Assembly: GCA_963843575.1 (NCBI GenBank)
Contig: CAWJKZ010000019.1
Span: 1-64,000, forward strand
Origin: an uncultured Acidobacteriota bacterium
GTDB taxonomy: Bacteria > Acidobacteriota > UBA6911
Reading direction: 5' to 3'
DNA: 64,000 nt
Shown here piece after piece: positions 9,395 to 29,365 of this stretch. The notes under the pieces were generated by a model. It saw only the letters and a program-made list of their open reading frames with translations, ran no database searches and was not told the origin of the DNA. The position numbers were made by a program, and so were the translations under genes. Every line of letters begins with the position of its first letter. Within the stretch, counting starts at the first letter, position 1.

Positions 9395-10630
9395 CTACAC
9401 GATCTCCTCGGTCTTCTCGTCCCAGCGGACGGTTCGGCCCTGACGATAGGACGTGATAGCCATCCGGCAAGTCACGGCGGAACGGAATCCGATTTCCAGC
9501 GGGCAGTTCGGCTCCTTGCGGCTGCGCACGCAGTCGAAGAAGTTCTGCATGTGCAGGATGGTTGCGTCGGAACCGCCGACGATGTCGGGCGCCTTGGCGG
9601 CGGCACCCGCTCCTTTGGACGTTGGCGCGCCCCTGCCCTGGGGCTTGTAGTTCACCACGTCGGCCTCGTCGCGGTGGATCGTCCCCTTGTTGCCCAACAG
9701 GAGGTCGTCCCCTTCGCCGAAGTAGTTGTTCCCGAACATCGAATTCCACGTGAACAGGAGTTTCCCGCCCTGCTGCATCGACACGTCCATGGTGTCGGGC
9801 ACCTGCATCTCCGGCGAGAGGTAGTTCGCGCCGGTCATCGTGACGGTGGTCGGGATCTTCAGGTCCAGGACCTTGTCCCAGAAGCCCACCTGGTGGACCA
9901 TGTTCTCGTAGACGTTCCCCCCGGAGTACTCCCAGTAGAAACGCCAGTTGATGACCCGGTTGGGATCGAACGGCCGTTTTTCGGCCTCCCCCTGGAACGC
10001 CGTCCAGTCGACCTGTTCCGGCGTGCAGTCCGCCGGGATGGGGCGCTTCCACCCTCCATAGGGCGCGTTGCGGTAGTGGTGGGTATGGAGCGCGGTTATA
10101 GTTCCCATTTGCTCCGGCGTGAGGTGTTTCCTCACCCGTTCGACGGCCGGGCCGCTCAAGGACTGGATCCCGACCTGCACGATCCGGTTCGATCCCCGCA
10201 ATGCGGCGCGCATGCGTTTCGCGTGTCCGGGGTCGAAGGCCATGGTTTTTTCCTGGTACACGTCTTTTCCCGCCTGAATGGCCGGGACAAAGTTCAGCGC
10301 GTGCACGTGCTGCGGGGTCGCGATCAGCACGGCGTCGATGCTCTTGTCGTCCAGCAACCGGCGGAAGTCCTGATAGGTTTTCACCTGGGGCGCGTATTTC
10401 TTGACCTCGTCAAGGCGCCGCGTGTATACGTCCGCGACGGCGACCGCTTCCGTGTTGGGGCATTTCAATGCCGATTTAAAGATCTCCTGGCCCCGGCCTC
10501 CGGCACCGATCAGGCCGATGCGCACGCGGTCATTCGCGCCCAACACCCTGCGCGCCAGTCCGCCGCCTGAAACGGCCAGGGTGGCCGCGCCCGAAACCAC
10601 TGTGGAGATGAATTCACGACGCGTGGACAT
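9395..10630 (-). CDS. Tat-exported Gfo/Idh/MocA family oxidoreductase
   Basis: MSTRREFI twin-Arg signal; RIGLIGAGGRG, DAVLIATPQHVH, KDVYQEKTM, NWRFYWEYSGG. Confidence 0.9.
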   Translation of the reverse strand: MSTRREFISTVVSGAATLAVSGGGLARRVLGANDRVRIGLIGAGGRGQEIFKSALKCPNTEAVAVADVYTRRLDEVKKYAPQVKTYQDFRRLLDDKSIDAVLIATPQHVHALNFVPAIQAGKDVYQEKTMAFDPGHAKRMRAALRGSNRIVQVGIQSLSGPAVERVRKHLTPEQMGTITALHTHHYRNAPYGGWKRPIPADCTPEQVDWTAFQGEAEKRPFDPNRVINWRFYWEYSGGNVYENMVHQVGFWDKVLDLKIPTTVTMTGANYLSPEMQVPDTMDVSMQQGGKLLFTWNSMFGNNYFGEGDDLLLGNKGTIHRDEADVVNYKPQGRGAPTSKGAGAAAKAPDIVGGSDATILHMQNFFDCVRSRKEPNCPLEIGFRSAVTCRMAITSYRQGRTVRWDEKTEEIV

Positions 10631-10730
10631 CTGTTCCCTCCTGCAATTGAGTTTTGGTAAGGGCCCGACGATCATACACCACCAGGGGACAAGCCCGAAC
10701 ACGGAAGCCGCGAGCCGGTATACCCCTGTC

Positions 10731-13126
10731 TTAATGCCCTGCTCGAGGCCGCAGGACGAGGCGGTGGACGGCGGCTATCTCGACTGCCCCCGAGGTGAAC
10801 TCGAGCGGGAAGGTGCGACCTTCGTACCACGCGTCCCACTGGTCCATGTAGTGAGGGCTGAACAGGTTTCCCGATTGTCCGGTGACGGTGTTGAGCGTCG
10901 AGCGGTCCAGATCGGAGAGATCGGCCGTGAAGCGCTCCGAGGGTCCGAACCCGCGTCCCACCTGTTTGATCGTGTACGACCCCCGGACTGTTCGTGAAGT
11001 CCTGGGGCGGACCATCTGCGCAGCCCGGGGATGGTGCGGAAGACCGGGTGCTCGATTTCCAGGGGGAATACGCGACCCCAGCGCCACTGTTCGAGGCGGC
11101 CCGGCACGGCTGGACCGGTTATGGCGATGTCGAGTGCCGCCGCCAGCAGTTCGCGATAGCTTGGGACGTTGCCTGGGAGCCAGTGCGGTGCTGCGCCGGC
11201 GATGGTTCGCTCGAGCCACACCGGGGACATGAACCAGCGGTAGTTGTAGTCGGGCCCCAGTTTGGGTTCCAGCAACAACCGGGCGAGCTCTTTGCGGGCT
11301 GCGACAACTATGGTGGCGGCAGCGGAGGCTGCCGCCAGTTGCCCGTCCCAGGAGCCCAGCAACCGGGCAGCTTCTTTCAGCCGCGCGCCGGCCCCGGGCA
11401 AACCCTCGACAGCCTCGGCGAACCGCTTCGCCATCCGGCGGTCGAAATCCGAGTAGACGTCGGTTTGCAGCTCGAGCATGTCCTCCGGTCCGAGCTTCCG
11501 ACCACTCTCGAGCATGGACAGGATTCTCCTGGTGCGGAAGGGAGGGTCCCACTGGCTCGCAAGGAGGTATGGGTAGCCGTCCGGCACGATGCGGCCGTTG
11601 GCTGTCGCCAGCACGCCCGACGGAGGGTCGAACACGCTCGGGAGCTTGTCGAACGGGACGTAACCAGTCCACTCGTGGCTGTCATCCGAACCGGGCACCG
11701 GAACGGTGCCGTCGCCGGAGGCACGGACCGGGACCGCCCCGGTCGCCTGGTAACCGATGTGGCCGTCGATGTCGGCATAGACGACATTCTGCCCGGGTGC
11801 CAGGAAATGGGAAAAGGCCGATCGGAATTCGGTCCAGTTGGTGGCGGTGTTCACCTCGAAGAACGACAAAGACGACAGCAGGTCGGGATCGTACAGCGTC
11901 CAGTGCAGCGCCAGCGAGCGCGTTTCTCCGGGCACGAGCGCGGTCACGATGGGGCCGTGACGCGTGACGAGCACGTCGAGGACGACATTCTCGCCGCCCT
12001 TGACGCGGATCACCTCGCGGCGTCGTTCCGGCATGCGCCAGCCTTCGGGTGTGCGGAATTCGCCCCGGTCGTTGAATTCCTCGATGTAGATGTCCTCCAC
12101 GTCGGGGCCGAGGTTGGTGAAGCCCCAGGCGATCCGGCGGTTGTGACCCACCACAACCCAGGGAGCGCCCGGCAGGGTCACGCCGGCGACGTCGTAGGTG
12201 CCGCACTGCAGGTGCGCCTCGTACCAGAGATTAGGCATCTGGTGGCCGAGGTGCATATCGTTCGAGAGAAGGGGCTTGCCGGATACCGTGTGGGCCCCCG
12301 AGACTGCCCAGTTGTTGGAGCCCGGCGCGAACTCGAAAGCCGGCGCGGGCGGGCCCCACGGGCCGGCCCCGGCCAGGCCGCTCCGTTGCGCCGGCGCCGG
12401 CGATCGCAGGCCGGCGGCCGTGGCGCCCTGCGGTGGGGCGTCCTCGGGCGACGAGGCCGGGTACAAATCAGCCGTCAGCTCGGCGCCGAGTCTGGCCAGC
12501 ACCTTTTCCCGCGCCAGTTCGGTCTCGAAATTGTAGTGGTTCAACATCTGGCACATGTAGCCAGCCACCAGGAGCGTGTCCCTCGGCGTCCACGGCCGGG
12601 GCTCATAGCGCAGCATCCTGAATTCGAGCGGCAGGTGCCCGCGCTGTTGATCCATATAGGCGTTTACGCCGCGGGCGTAGGCCTCCACGTATCGGAGTCG
12701 CGTCGGTTGCAGGCGTCGCACGGCGCGCTCGGCGGTGGCACGGAGCCCCAGGATCCGTTGCGTGCGGTCGTGGGCGAGCGCGGAGGGCCCTATGACCTCG
12801 GACAATTCGCCCGCCGCGTAACGGCGGATCATGTCGAGCTGCCACAGACGGTCCTGGGCGGTCACATACCCCTGGGCCAGGAAGAGGTCCTCGAGCTGTT
12901 GGGCCTGCAGGTGCGGGACTCCGTGGGCGTCGCGAAGCACGGTGACGGGCGCCGTCAGACCGGCGATCGCGACGTCTCCCTCGAGCGTGGGGAGCGCGGC
13001 CCGGGCCGCTAGGTAGAACCACCCGCCCGCCGCAATCAGCGCGGCGGCCAAAACCGGGACCACGACGAGCAGTACCCGGAACAAGAGCCGAGGCCAGTGG
13101 CGCTTCTTGTGTTCCGGGTCGGGCAT
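10731..13126 (-). CDS. penicillin acylase family (Ntn hydrolase), one frameshift near the C-terminus
   Basis: RDAHGVPH, AQDRLWQLD, nucleophile GSNNWAVSG, NDMHL. The C-terminal GQSGNLFSPHYMDQ lies in the next frame after the C5 run at 10980-10984. Confidence 0.85.
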
Positions 13127-13156
13127 ACGGCTGTCCGGGTTATCTATCCTGGTCGC

Positions 13157-13208
13157 CCGCGGCGCCTAGGCGCCGCGGAACAAAGCGGCGTCGAGCCGCC
13201 GCACTCCA
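13157..13208 (-). repeat. REP-like palindromic repeat, copy A
   Basis: Minus strand TGGAGTGCGGCGGCTCGACGCCGCTTT (13208-13182), followed by the perfect 22-bp palindrome CCGCGGCGCCTAGGCGCCGCGG (13157-13178). Confidence 0.7.
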
Positions 13209-13210
13209 TA

Positions 13211-14620
13211 TTATTCGCCGCGGCGCTGCAGTTCCTTCCGGGCGAGGTCGCGAGCGGCGGCGCAGTCGACGCTGCTCTCGTGTGGCCCGGTGTGGCTGCC
13301 GGGACGTCTCAGCACGGCGTCGGGTACTTCTGCGGCGCGGCGCAGGTCTGCGGTCAGGCACGCCCCGGCGGATTGCCCGAGAATACGGGTCAGGGCGTCG
13401 GACGCGGCGCGCGCAACGTCGTGGACGTCGGGGTAATCGGTTGTGGCGTCCCGGTTGGCGGCGATCGCCCCGGACAGGGCTCCTGCGGAAGCCGGATCGC
13501 CGATCTCGCCGATCGCCTCGGCGGCGAGCCGCTGGGCGGACGCGTCGGACCCCGCGAGCGTGCCGTGCAGGTACGGCAACGCCCCGGGACCGATCCGAAC
13601 GAGCGACCGGGAGGCAGCCGCGGCTGCGGCGCGGTCGGGGTCGCACAACGCTTGCGCCAGTGCTCCGGCTGCTTCCGGCGCGCGCAACTCGCCCAGGGAC
13701 TGGGCGGCCTGGCTGCGGCGGAGCGGGTCGCGCGACCCGAGAGCTTCCGTCAGTGCTGGCACGGCGATCGCCCCCTGAGCCACGGCGGCGTCAAAGCGGC
13801 CGGCGATTACGGCGAGGCGCGCGCGGTCGGCCGGCTCGGACGACTCGACCCTCATGCTGGCGAGCGCGGCGGCAGCCGCCTCGCGCACCGATTTCCGGGT
13901 GGTGCCGTCGATCACCTTCCTCAACCCCGCGGCTGCGGGAACGCCGCCGATACGGCCCAATGCTCCGACGGCGGCACGCTGAATGGGTTCGCTGGGGTCT
14001 TCGGCAGCCTTGACGAGGGCGTCGACCGCATCTTCCGATCCCAGGTGCCCGAGGGCTTCGGCCGCGGCTCGGCGGGTGTCCGCATCCTTGTGGGCGAGGG
14101 CGGTCACGAGGGGGGCGAGTGCGGCGTCGTCGCGCAGCCGGCTTAGGGCCAGTGCCGCCTCCCTCCTGACTTCGGAACGCGAGTCCGCCAGTCGGGCGAT
14201 CAAGGGATCACGCGCCGCGGCGTCGCCGGCCAGTCCCAGCGCGTGGGCGGCCCAGCGCCGCACCTCTTTGCCTTCGTCGGCCAGCAGGTGCACGAGCGGC
14301 GTGACGGCGTGGCTGCCGAGCGCGGCGGCAGCCGTGGCGAGTTCACCGGGCTCCGCCGTATCCCCGGCGTCGGCGCGGCGTCCCGCGGAGCGCGAGCACG
14401 CGCGGACGAGCGCGGCGCACAGGGGTTCCGCCGCCGCGGGGTGACCCAGCTGCGCCAGGGCTGCGGCCGCGGCTCGCCGCACCTCCGCGGACTCGTCCTG
14501 CAGCGCCGCGACGAGCGCCGGGACCGCTCCGCTCTCGCCGCTCGCACCAAGACTGCGGGCCGTCTCCGACCGGGTCTGGACATTTGAGGACTTCAGACGC
14601 CTCACCTTCCACCAGAGCAT
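13211..14620 (-). CDS. HEAT-repeat (PBS lyase-like) protein
   Basis: Recurrent units such as AVPALVAALQDESAEVRRAAAAALAQLG; the start at MLWWKV has a GGAG RBS. Confidence 0.8.
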   Translation of the reverse strand: MLWWKVRRLKSSNVQTRSETARSLGASGESGAVPALVAALQDESAEVRRAAAAALAQLGHPAAAEPLCAALVRACSRSAGRRADAGDTAEPGELATAAAALGSHAVTPLVHLLADEGKEVRRWAAHALGLAGDAAARDPLIARLADSRSEVRREAALALSRLRDDAALAPLVTALAHKDADTRRAAAEALGHLGSEDAVDALVKAAEDPSEPIQRAAVGALGRIGGVPAAAGLRKVIDGTTRKSVREAAAAALASMRVESSEPADRARLAVIAGRFDAAVAQGAIAVPALTEALGSRDPLRRSQAAQSLGELRAPEAAGALAQALCDPDRAAAAAASRSLVRIGPGALPYLHGTLAGSDASAQRLAAEAIGEIGDPASAGALSGAIAANRDATTDYPDVHDVARAASDALTRILGQSAGACLTADLRRAAEVPDAVLRRPGSHTGPHESSVDCAAARDLARKELQRRGE

Positions 14621-14648
14621 ACAGGTCTCCGTCATTGCGGCCGCGCAC

Positions 14649-15740
14649 TCAGGGCGCCGTTCCGTCATGTCGTGCAAGCCGGTACAGCAGGTCGCGCCGG
14701 ACGGGAGTGAACCCGCTGTTCCTTATGAACTCGCGCGCCCGCTCCTCGGTCTTCAACCCGTAGCTTTTCAGCACGTTCTCCTCGATCACGACCGACGAGA
14801 TGTCGTCCGCGCCGGCGTGCAGCGCAAGCGATCCGGTGGCCTGGCCGAGCACCATCACGGAGGTCTCGAGGTGCGGGATGTTGTCCAGGAAGATCCGGCA
14901 GATGCCAAGCACCTTCAGAAACTCGTGCGGTGGCACGTGGCGCGTGCGGAACCGCTTGGTCTGCTGCTGGAACGTCCAGGGGATGAAGGCCAGGAAACCC
15001 GAGGTGCGGTCCTGCAGGTCGCGGACGACCTGCAGGTGCTCGACGATATCCCGCGGCGTCTCCTCCGATCCGAATACGATGTTGGCGCTTCCCGGGAGGC
15101 CTTCTTCATGGCACGTTTCCATGACCCGCACCCATTCCGAGGGGCCCGCCTTCCGCGGCGACAGCAGGGCCCGCATGCGGTCGGTCAGGATTTCGGCCCC
15201 CGCGCCCGGGACAGAATCCATGCCGGCGGCCTTCAGCTCGCGCAGGACACGGCGCAGCGGCATCCCGGTCGATTGTTCGAGACCGATGAGCTCGACCGGC
15301 GAGAAGGCGCGCACATGGATGTGGCTGCCCAGTTCCTGCTTCACACTGCGGATCACGTCGAGGTAGTACTCGAAGGGGAGGTCGGGATTTACTCCTCCCT
15401 GGAGGAACATCTGGTCGGCCCCGATCGCGACCGCCTCGCGCATCTTGCGCACGACGTCTTCTTTCGAGAGGGTCACGCCGCGGGGCGAACCCATCGGTTC
15501 GAAAAAACTGCAGAACGAGCAGTCGACGTTGCAGAAGGTCGTGTAATTCACGACCCGGAACATGGTGTAGGTGACGATCTCCGGGTCGAGCCTGCGATTG
15601 CGGAGTTCGCGAGCGGCGGCGGCGATCTTGAGGAAATCCCCGCGCTCGCACAGGGTGAGGGCCTCCGCCGGTGTGATACGTTCGCCCGCGACGGCCTTGT
15701 CGAGGACGCAGTCGGTTGGTTCCTGTCTGAACGCCGTCAT
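14649..15740 (-). CDS. mqnC: radical SAM protein, CofH/MqnC family (cyclic dehypoxanthine futalosine synthase-like)
   Basis: CxxxCxxC (CNVDCSFC), [32 protein letters not shown]. Confidence 0.7.
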   Translation of the reverse strand: MTAFRQEPTDCVLDKAVAGERITPAEALTLCERGDFLKIAAAARELRNRRLDPEIVTYTMFRVVNYTTFCNVDCSFCSFFEPMGSPRGVTLSKEDVVRKMREAVAIGADQMFLQGGVNPDLPFEYYLDVIRSVKQELGSHIHVRAFSPVELIGLEQSTGMPLRRVLRELKAAGMDSVPGAGAEILTDRMRALLSPRKAGPSEWVRVMETCHEEGLPGSANIVFGSEETPRDIVEHLQVVRDLQDRTSGFLAFIPWTFQQQTKRFRTRHVPPHEFLKVLGICRIFLDNIPHLETSVMVLGQATGSLALHAGADDISSVVIEENVLKSYGLKTEERAREFIRNSGFTPVRRDLLYRLARHDGTAP

Positions 15741-15863
15741 GGCCAAAAATCTTACCACAGCCGCCCGCAGTCCTCGCACGCTGACCGACGACGACACGGC
15801 ACGGTTGGCCGGCGCATTGCCCGGCGTCGGTCGGCGTACGGGGTCAGGAGATCGCCCGATGCC

Positions 15864-17057
15864 TCAGTGGTGCGGCGTCTCCGACAGGTCGCATTCCGCG
15901 AAGCCGAGTTCGGGGCGGGCGAACAGGAAACCCTGCAGCAGGTCGCACCCGAGGGCGAGGACGGTGTCGCGCTCCTCCGGGGTTTCGATCCCTTCGGCGA
16001 TGACCTGGATGCCGAGTTCGTGGCAGAGATCGGTCATCGAGCGGATCAACTTCTGTTTGGTGGGGGATTTGTGAACCTCGGCGACGAGCGAAATGTCGAG
16101 TTTGACGACTTCCGGTTCGAGCTGCGCGAAGGTGCCGAGGCCCGAGTATCCGGCCCCGAAGTCGTCGATGGCGATGCGGAACCCCATCTGCCGGAGCGTC
16201 CGGATCCGGGCCGGGAGATCGTCGATGCCAGTGAGCGAGGCGCGCTCGGTGATTTCCAGGACGATGCGGGGCGCCAGGTTCGACAGCGGGGCGCTCGAGA
16301 GATAGATCGTGTCGTCCCGCAGGTCCTGCGGGTGAAGGTTGATGTAGAGGATCGCGTCCTCGGGTCCGGCCAGCGCCGAGAGGGCCGCGAGCTCCCGGAT
16401 CCGCCTGCCGAGGTCGTTCAGCTTGCCGACGCGGTGGGCGATCGAGAACAGCGTGGCCGGGTCATTCAATCTGGGCTCGGCCGTGCGCACCAGCGCCTCG
16501 TAACCGTAGACGCGCCGCTCGCCCCAGTTGACGATGGGGTGGAATGCGACCCAGAGACTGCGCAACGCCCGGTGGAAGGCGGCTTCGATCTCGGCCCGGT
16601 CCCCGCTGCGCCTGTCCGACGACTGCAGAAAGGCGACGGCGTCCCGGCTCAGCTTCGCCAGCCTCCGAAGCCGGACGGCCTTGGCGATGACGCGTTGGAA
16701 CTCGCGGAGGTCGAAGGGCTTGACCATGTAGGCGACGATGCCGTGCTCGACTCCCTGGACCGCGGTCTCGACGGCGGGATTGCCGGTGATGAGGATGACG
16801 GGGACGTCCGCGTCGCGTTCCCGCACCGCGCGCAGGAGCTGGATGCCGTCGACACCGGGCATCGAAATGTCGGAGATGATCGCATCGAACTGCTCCCGGT
16901 TGATCAAGTCCAGGGCGGAGCGGCCGTCCGACGCGGTGTCGACCGTGTGGCCCGAGGATTCCAGGATGCGCCGCAGCGAGTTCAGGAGCAGCGGTTCGTC
17001 ATCGGCGATCAATACGTGCCCCAGGACTTCGGTGCCCTGGGCAGGAGGTGTCCTCAT
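15864..17057 (-). CDS. response regulator with EAL (c-di-GMP phosphodiesterase) domain
   Basis: REC domain (LIADDE, SDISMPG, YMVKPF) followed by YEALVR, LEITER, IAIDDFGAGYS, IAEGIET, LQGFLF. Confidence 0.9.
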   Translation of the reverse strand: MRTPPAQGTEVLGHVLIADDEPLLLNSLRRILESSGHTVDTASDGRSALDLINREQFDAIISDISMPGVDGIQLLRAVRERDADVPVILITGNPAVETAVQGVEHGIVAYMVKPFDLREFQRVIAKAVRLRRLAKLSRDAVAFLQSSDRRSGDRAEIEAAFHRALRSLWVAFHPIVNWGERRVYGYEALVRTAEPRLNDPATLFSIAHRVGKLNDLGRRIRELAALSALAGPEDAILYINLHPQDLRDDTIYLSSAPLSNLAPRIVLEITERASLTGIDDLPARIRTLRQMGFRIAIDDFGAGYSGLGTFAQLEPEVVKLDISLVAEVHKSPTKQKLIRSMTDLCHELGIQVIAEGIETPEERDTVLALGCDLLQGFLFARPELGFAECDLSETPHH

Positions 17058-17121
17058 ACGCGTTACGCTCGTGCTCAGTCTGTCCGATCATGATCGTATC
17101 AGCCCGGGCGGGTCGATGTAA

Positions 17122-17393
17122 GGGTCTGTTCCAGAATAACAGGTCCACTTTGCTGCAGGCTCCCAGGCCCGCTGACAAGGCGCGAGCGACGAGCATACCC
17201 GGGGTGGTATGTAAGGAGCGAGCAACGCAGTCAGCGGGCCTGCGGGCCGCAGCCCGGAGGGGCGCGGCGGCGGGCGGGCATCTGCGGCGTTGCCGCTCCT
17301 CGACGATGTCCCCACATCGCCTGCGTCGCGGCGCCTTGCATCTGCCCGCCCGGCGCTCGCGCCAAAGTGGGCCTGTTATTCTGTGACAGACCC
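17122..17393. mobile_element. MITE-like element with ~32-bp terminal inverted repeats
   Basis: 17121-17152 (AGGGTCTGTTCCAGAATAACAGGTCCACTTTG) matches the reverse complement of 17363-17394 at 29/32. Flanks are TAA and TAG. Two internal hairpin modules. Confidence 0.7.
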
Positions 17394-18088
17394 TAGCCCT
17401 GAAATGCAGCCGGAGGGAAAGGAAGGGAGCGCCCCGTCAAGGTCAGGACGAAGCCCATCTCCGCTTTCCACCACCCCTCGAAGAGCCGGCCCAGATCCGG
17501 GCAGCTCACCGACAGGGGGGCCCAGTCGCGCCCGTCACCCGGTCCGGCCACCGATACCGAGACGGACCTGGTGTCGCGGCGGAGCCCCTCGCGAAGCGAT
17601 TTGAGCGCGCTTTCCTTGGCACTCCAGACGAGGGTGCACAACAGCGGCTGCCGGTCGGGGGCGGCCGCGAGCGCCATGCTGGCCTCGGCCTCGGTGAAAT
17701 AGTCGAGGACGAACTCCACCGTGCGAACGTCGATCAACTCAAGGTCGCACCCGAGCGCAAGGCCCGGTTCTCCCACTGCGGCGAGGGCAACCCCTCCGCT
17801 GTGGCTGATCGAGAGCGAAACGGGCGCGGGCTCCCCCGCGACATACGCTTCGGGCGCCCCGTCCCGGGAGGTGCGGATTTCGAGGCTCTCGGAGGCGGCC
17901 GCGAGGTAGCGGCCGACGGCGAGTTTCGCGGTCCAGCGGCCAAGCTTCCAGTCCTGGAGGCGCTTCGGGAACCGCAGCGTCTTCGCGTGCTCCCTCTCCC
18001 ACGGGCCGAGCCATCCGTCGTCCGGCGGCACATCGGCAACCGTCTGGGTGAGGATTCGTGTGGTGCGACGGCTCGACCCGAGCTGCAT
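17393..18088 (-). CDS. 4'-phosphopantetheinyl transferase (Sfp type)
   Basis: GRWTAK, SLSISHS, LGCDLE, WSAKESALK; immediately downstream of the PKS. Confidence 0.9.
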   Translation of the reverse strand: MQLGSSRRTTRILTQTVADVPPDDGWLGPWEREHAKTLRFPKRLQDWKLGRWTAKLAVGRYLAAASESLEIRTSRDGAPEAYVAGEPAPVSLSISHSGGVALAAVGEPGLALGCDLELIDVRTVEFVLDYFTEAEASMALAAAPDRQPLLCTLVWSAKESALKSLREGLRRDTRSVSVSVAGPGDGRDWAPLSVSCPDLGRLFEGWWKAEMGFVLTLTGRSLPFPPAAFQG

Positions 18089-18186
18089 ACGGTCAATTAC
18101 ACAGGGTTGACGACGTTATTTTCGGACGCGGATTGATACAGATCCACGAGAATTAAAAACAAACACATGCCACGCTGGGCTTTACA

Positions 18187-27169
<8,983 letters not shown>

Positions 27170-27294
27170 GCTTCTCCCCTGCCTCCGTAGTACGAATAGC
27201 TGTCTGAGATACCCGGAGGGCTTCGGTTACGGGGGGGGCGAGCTCGAAGACCCGCCTCCCGGACCCCAAAGTACTCGTATGGATCTCGAAGGAT

Positions 27295-28971
27295 TCAGTC
27301 TGCCGCCGATTTCGCCCGGCCCCGGCCGTAAAGCAGGTCGGCCGCAAGGTCCATGTCGGCCAGCAGGCCTCCCTGGGCCCGGCAGATGGCCGACAACCCC
27401 GCTTTTGTCTCCAGTTCGGTGGTTTCGGCGTCCGGGCCGGCTGCTGAGGCGACCCAGCGCACGCCGTCGCCGGCCACCTTCATGGCCGCCTCGCGCGCAA
27501 AAACGCGGCTGAGCACGGCCAGCGCGGCGGCGTCGAAGCGCGCGTGCGCCTTCTCATTCAGCTCTCCCCGCGCCGCCCGTGCGGCGCGCCTTGCCAGCGC
27601 GCCGGCCGCTTCGGCGTGGGCGATCAGTTCGCCGAGCCGGAACAGGAGGTGTTGGTGGCGGGTGAGGCGCCGGACGCGCGCGGCCTCGAGCAGTTCGGCT
27701 AGCGCGTGCAGCGCTTGGGCGGCGACACGCGCGCCGACGTCCGGGTGCGCCAGGTGCAGCTGATCCAGCGCCTGCGCCTGGTCGTGGTAGTAGCGGCCGT
27801 GCGTCTTGAGATGGAGCTGCCAGCGGTCGCGGCAGATGGTCATCTCCATGATCTCCGACGTGCCTTCGTAGATCAGGGTGATGCGCACGTCCCGCTTGAT
27901 TTTCTCGACCAGGTATTCCCGCGTGTACCCGTATCCTCCGAGGGCCTGGATGGCGGCTTCCGCCGCCATGTTGCCGGCCTCGGTGGCGAGATACTTGGAG
28001 ATGGCGCCTTCGGTGTTCAGGTTGCCTTCCCCCCTGTCGATGCGCTCGGCGCTCTCTTCGATGTAGGCCCGGCTCGCTTCGAGGCGCGCGGCGTGAGGGA
28101 CGATCAGCTTGTGCGTGTACCCCTGTTTCTCGGAGAGGGGCGCGCCACCCTGGATGCGTCCGGTGGAGTAGGGAATCGCGCGGTCGAGCGCCGCCCAGCC
28201 CGAGCCGAGGCCGAAGGCGGCGACCATCAGGCGGGTGTAGCCAAAAACGAGCTGGGCCTGGATGAGCCCCTGGCCTTCCTGGTGGCCGATGAGCCGGTCC
28301 GCGCCCACATAGACGTCCTCGAGCGACAGCGTGGCGGTGTTGCTGGCGCGGATGCCGTGCTTGTCCTCGGGTTTCCCGTGGCCGAGCCCGGGCGTCCCCT
28401 TTTCCACCACGAACCAGCTCGGCCCCCCGGGCGCCAGCGCCAGGATGCTGTACAGGTCGGCGACGCCGCCGTTGCTGATCCACTGCTTGGCGCCGTTGAG
28501 TCTGTAGCCGACGACCTTTGCGTCTTCGACAACCGGGGTCGCGGTCGTGCGCAGGGCTGCGAGGTCGCTCCCGGCCTCCGGTTCCGTGGCGCCGTAGGCC
28601 ATCAGGAGCCCCTCGCGCGCGATGCGGGTCATCCAGAGCTGTTTCTGCTCGTGCGAGCCGCCGAACAGGATCGGATCGCTCCCGAGGAAGGTCGCCAGCA
28701 CGGCGGTGGAAACACCGAGGTCGATGCGCGCCATCTCCTCGCACACCCGGTAGACATCGAAGGCCCCGCCGCCCATCCCCTCGAATTCCTCGGGGATGAA
28801 CAGCAGCTGTATGCCGAGGCCGGAACCGCACATTTCGTGTACCACGTCCGACGGGAACTCGTCGTTGTGGTCCAGTTCCAGCAGCTTGGCCAGCGGGAGG
28901 TGCGCTTCGGCAAACTCCTGAATGGCGGCAACCGTGAGTTCGAGAGTCTCTTTGTCCAGTCCTTTGTTCAT
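27295..28971 (-). CDS. acyl-CoA dehydrogenase with C-terminal helical extension
   Basis: [48 protein letters not shown], plus about 150 extra residues; upstream of and co-oriented with the PKS. Confidence 0.9.
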   Translation of the reverse strand: MNKGLDKETLELTVAAIQEFAEAHLPLAKLLELDHNDEFPSDVVHEMCGSGLGIQLLFIPEEFEGMGGGAFDVYRVCEEMARIDLGVSTAVLATFLGSDPILFGGSHEQKQLWMTRIAREGLLMAYGATEPEAGSDLAALRTTATPVVEDAKVVGYRLNGAKQWISNGGVADLYSILALAPGGPSWFVVEKGTPGLGHGKPEDKHGIRASNTATLSLEDVYVGADRLIGHQEGQGLIQAQLVFGYTRLMVAAFGLGSGWAALDRAIPYSTGRIQGGAPLSEKQGYTHKLIVPHAARLEASRAYIEESAERIDRGEGNLNTEGAISKYLATEAGNMAAEAAIQALGGYGYTREYLVEKIKRDVRITLIYEGTSEIMEMTICRDRWQLHLKTHGRYYHDQAQALDQLHLAHPDVGARVAAQALHALAELLEAARVRRLTRHQHLLFRLGELIAHAEAAGALARRAARAARGELNEKAHARFDAAALAVLSRVFAREAAMKVAGDGVRWVASAAGPDAETTELETKAGLSAICRAQGGLLADMDLAADLLYGRGRAKSAAD

Positions 28972-29260
28972 CGTCGTCACGCCTCGTGCTATGGTCTCGC
29001 GGATCGGTACAGGGGGACGCGCGTCCCCTCTACAGCGCCACACGCCCGGAACTCGGGTGACACAGGCTCCGACAAGGGGTCCTGCGGCCGATGTGCCACG
29101 ATGCCGTGGGATCGAACACACGCTCTGCAGTGTGACGCGCGCGACGCTGCAAACCCCGATGCGTCACGACGCCGTCGGGAGGCCGGTTCCGGTCATTAAA
29201 ACGAAAATCTTCTCACAAAACTGCGCAAATTGCGTCGACTTTCTTGTCGAAAGGCTACCG

Positions 29261-29310
29261 TGGAGTGCGGCGGCTCGACGCCGCTCTGGGGTCGGCGCCT
29301 GGGCGCCGAC
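29261..29310 (+). repeat. REP-like palindromic repeat, copy B
   Basis: TGGAGTGCGGCGGCTCGACGCCGCTCT followed by the hairpin GTCGGCGCC-TG-GGCGCCGAC; same bipartite layout as copy A. Confidence 0.7.
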
Positions 29311-29365
29311 CTTTCGCAGCCGCCAGCCAATCAATCCTCGACAGCGGTGTCCAGGCACCGCCGGA

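Noticed and set aside
10731-13126. Penicillin acylase as an antibiotic-related or quorum-quenching trait
   Set aside because: This is a common Ntn-hydrolase family and the substrate cannot be inferred from sequence.
27225-27265. G8-containing hairpin between the ACAD and the PKS as an attenuator or REP
   Set aside because: The stem is imperfect, single-copy in the window and has no U-tract, so support is insufficient.
29195-29225. Possible Rex/FNR-like site (TTGTGAGAAGATTTTCG on minus) upstream of the ACAD-PKS cluster
   Set aside because: Only one half-site matches; it is not a convincing palindrome.
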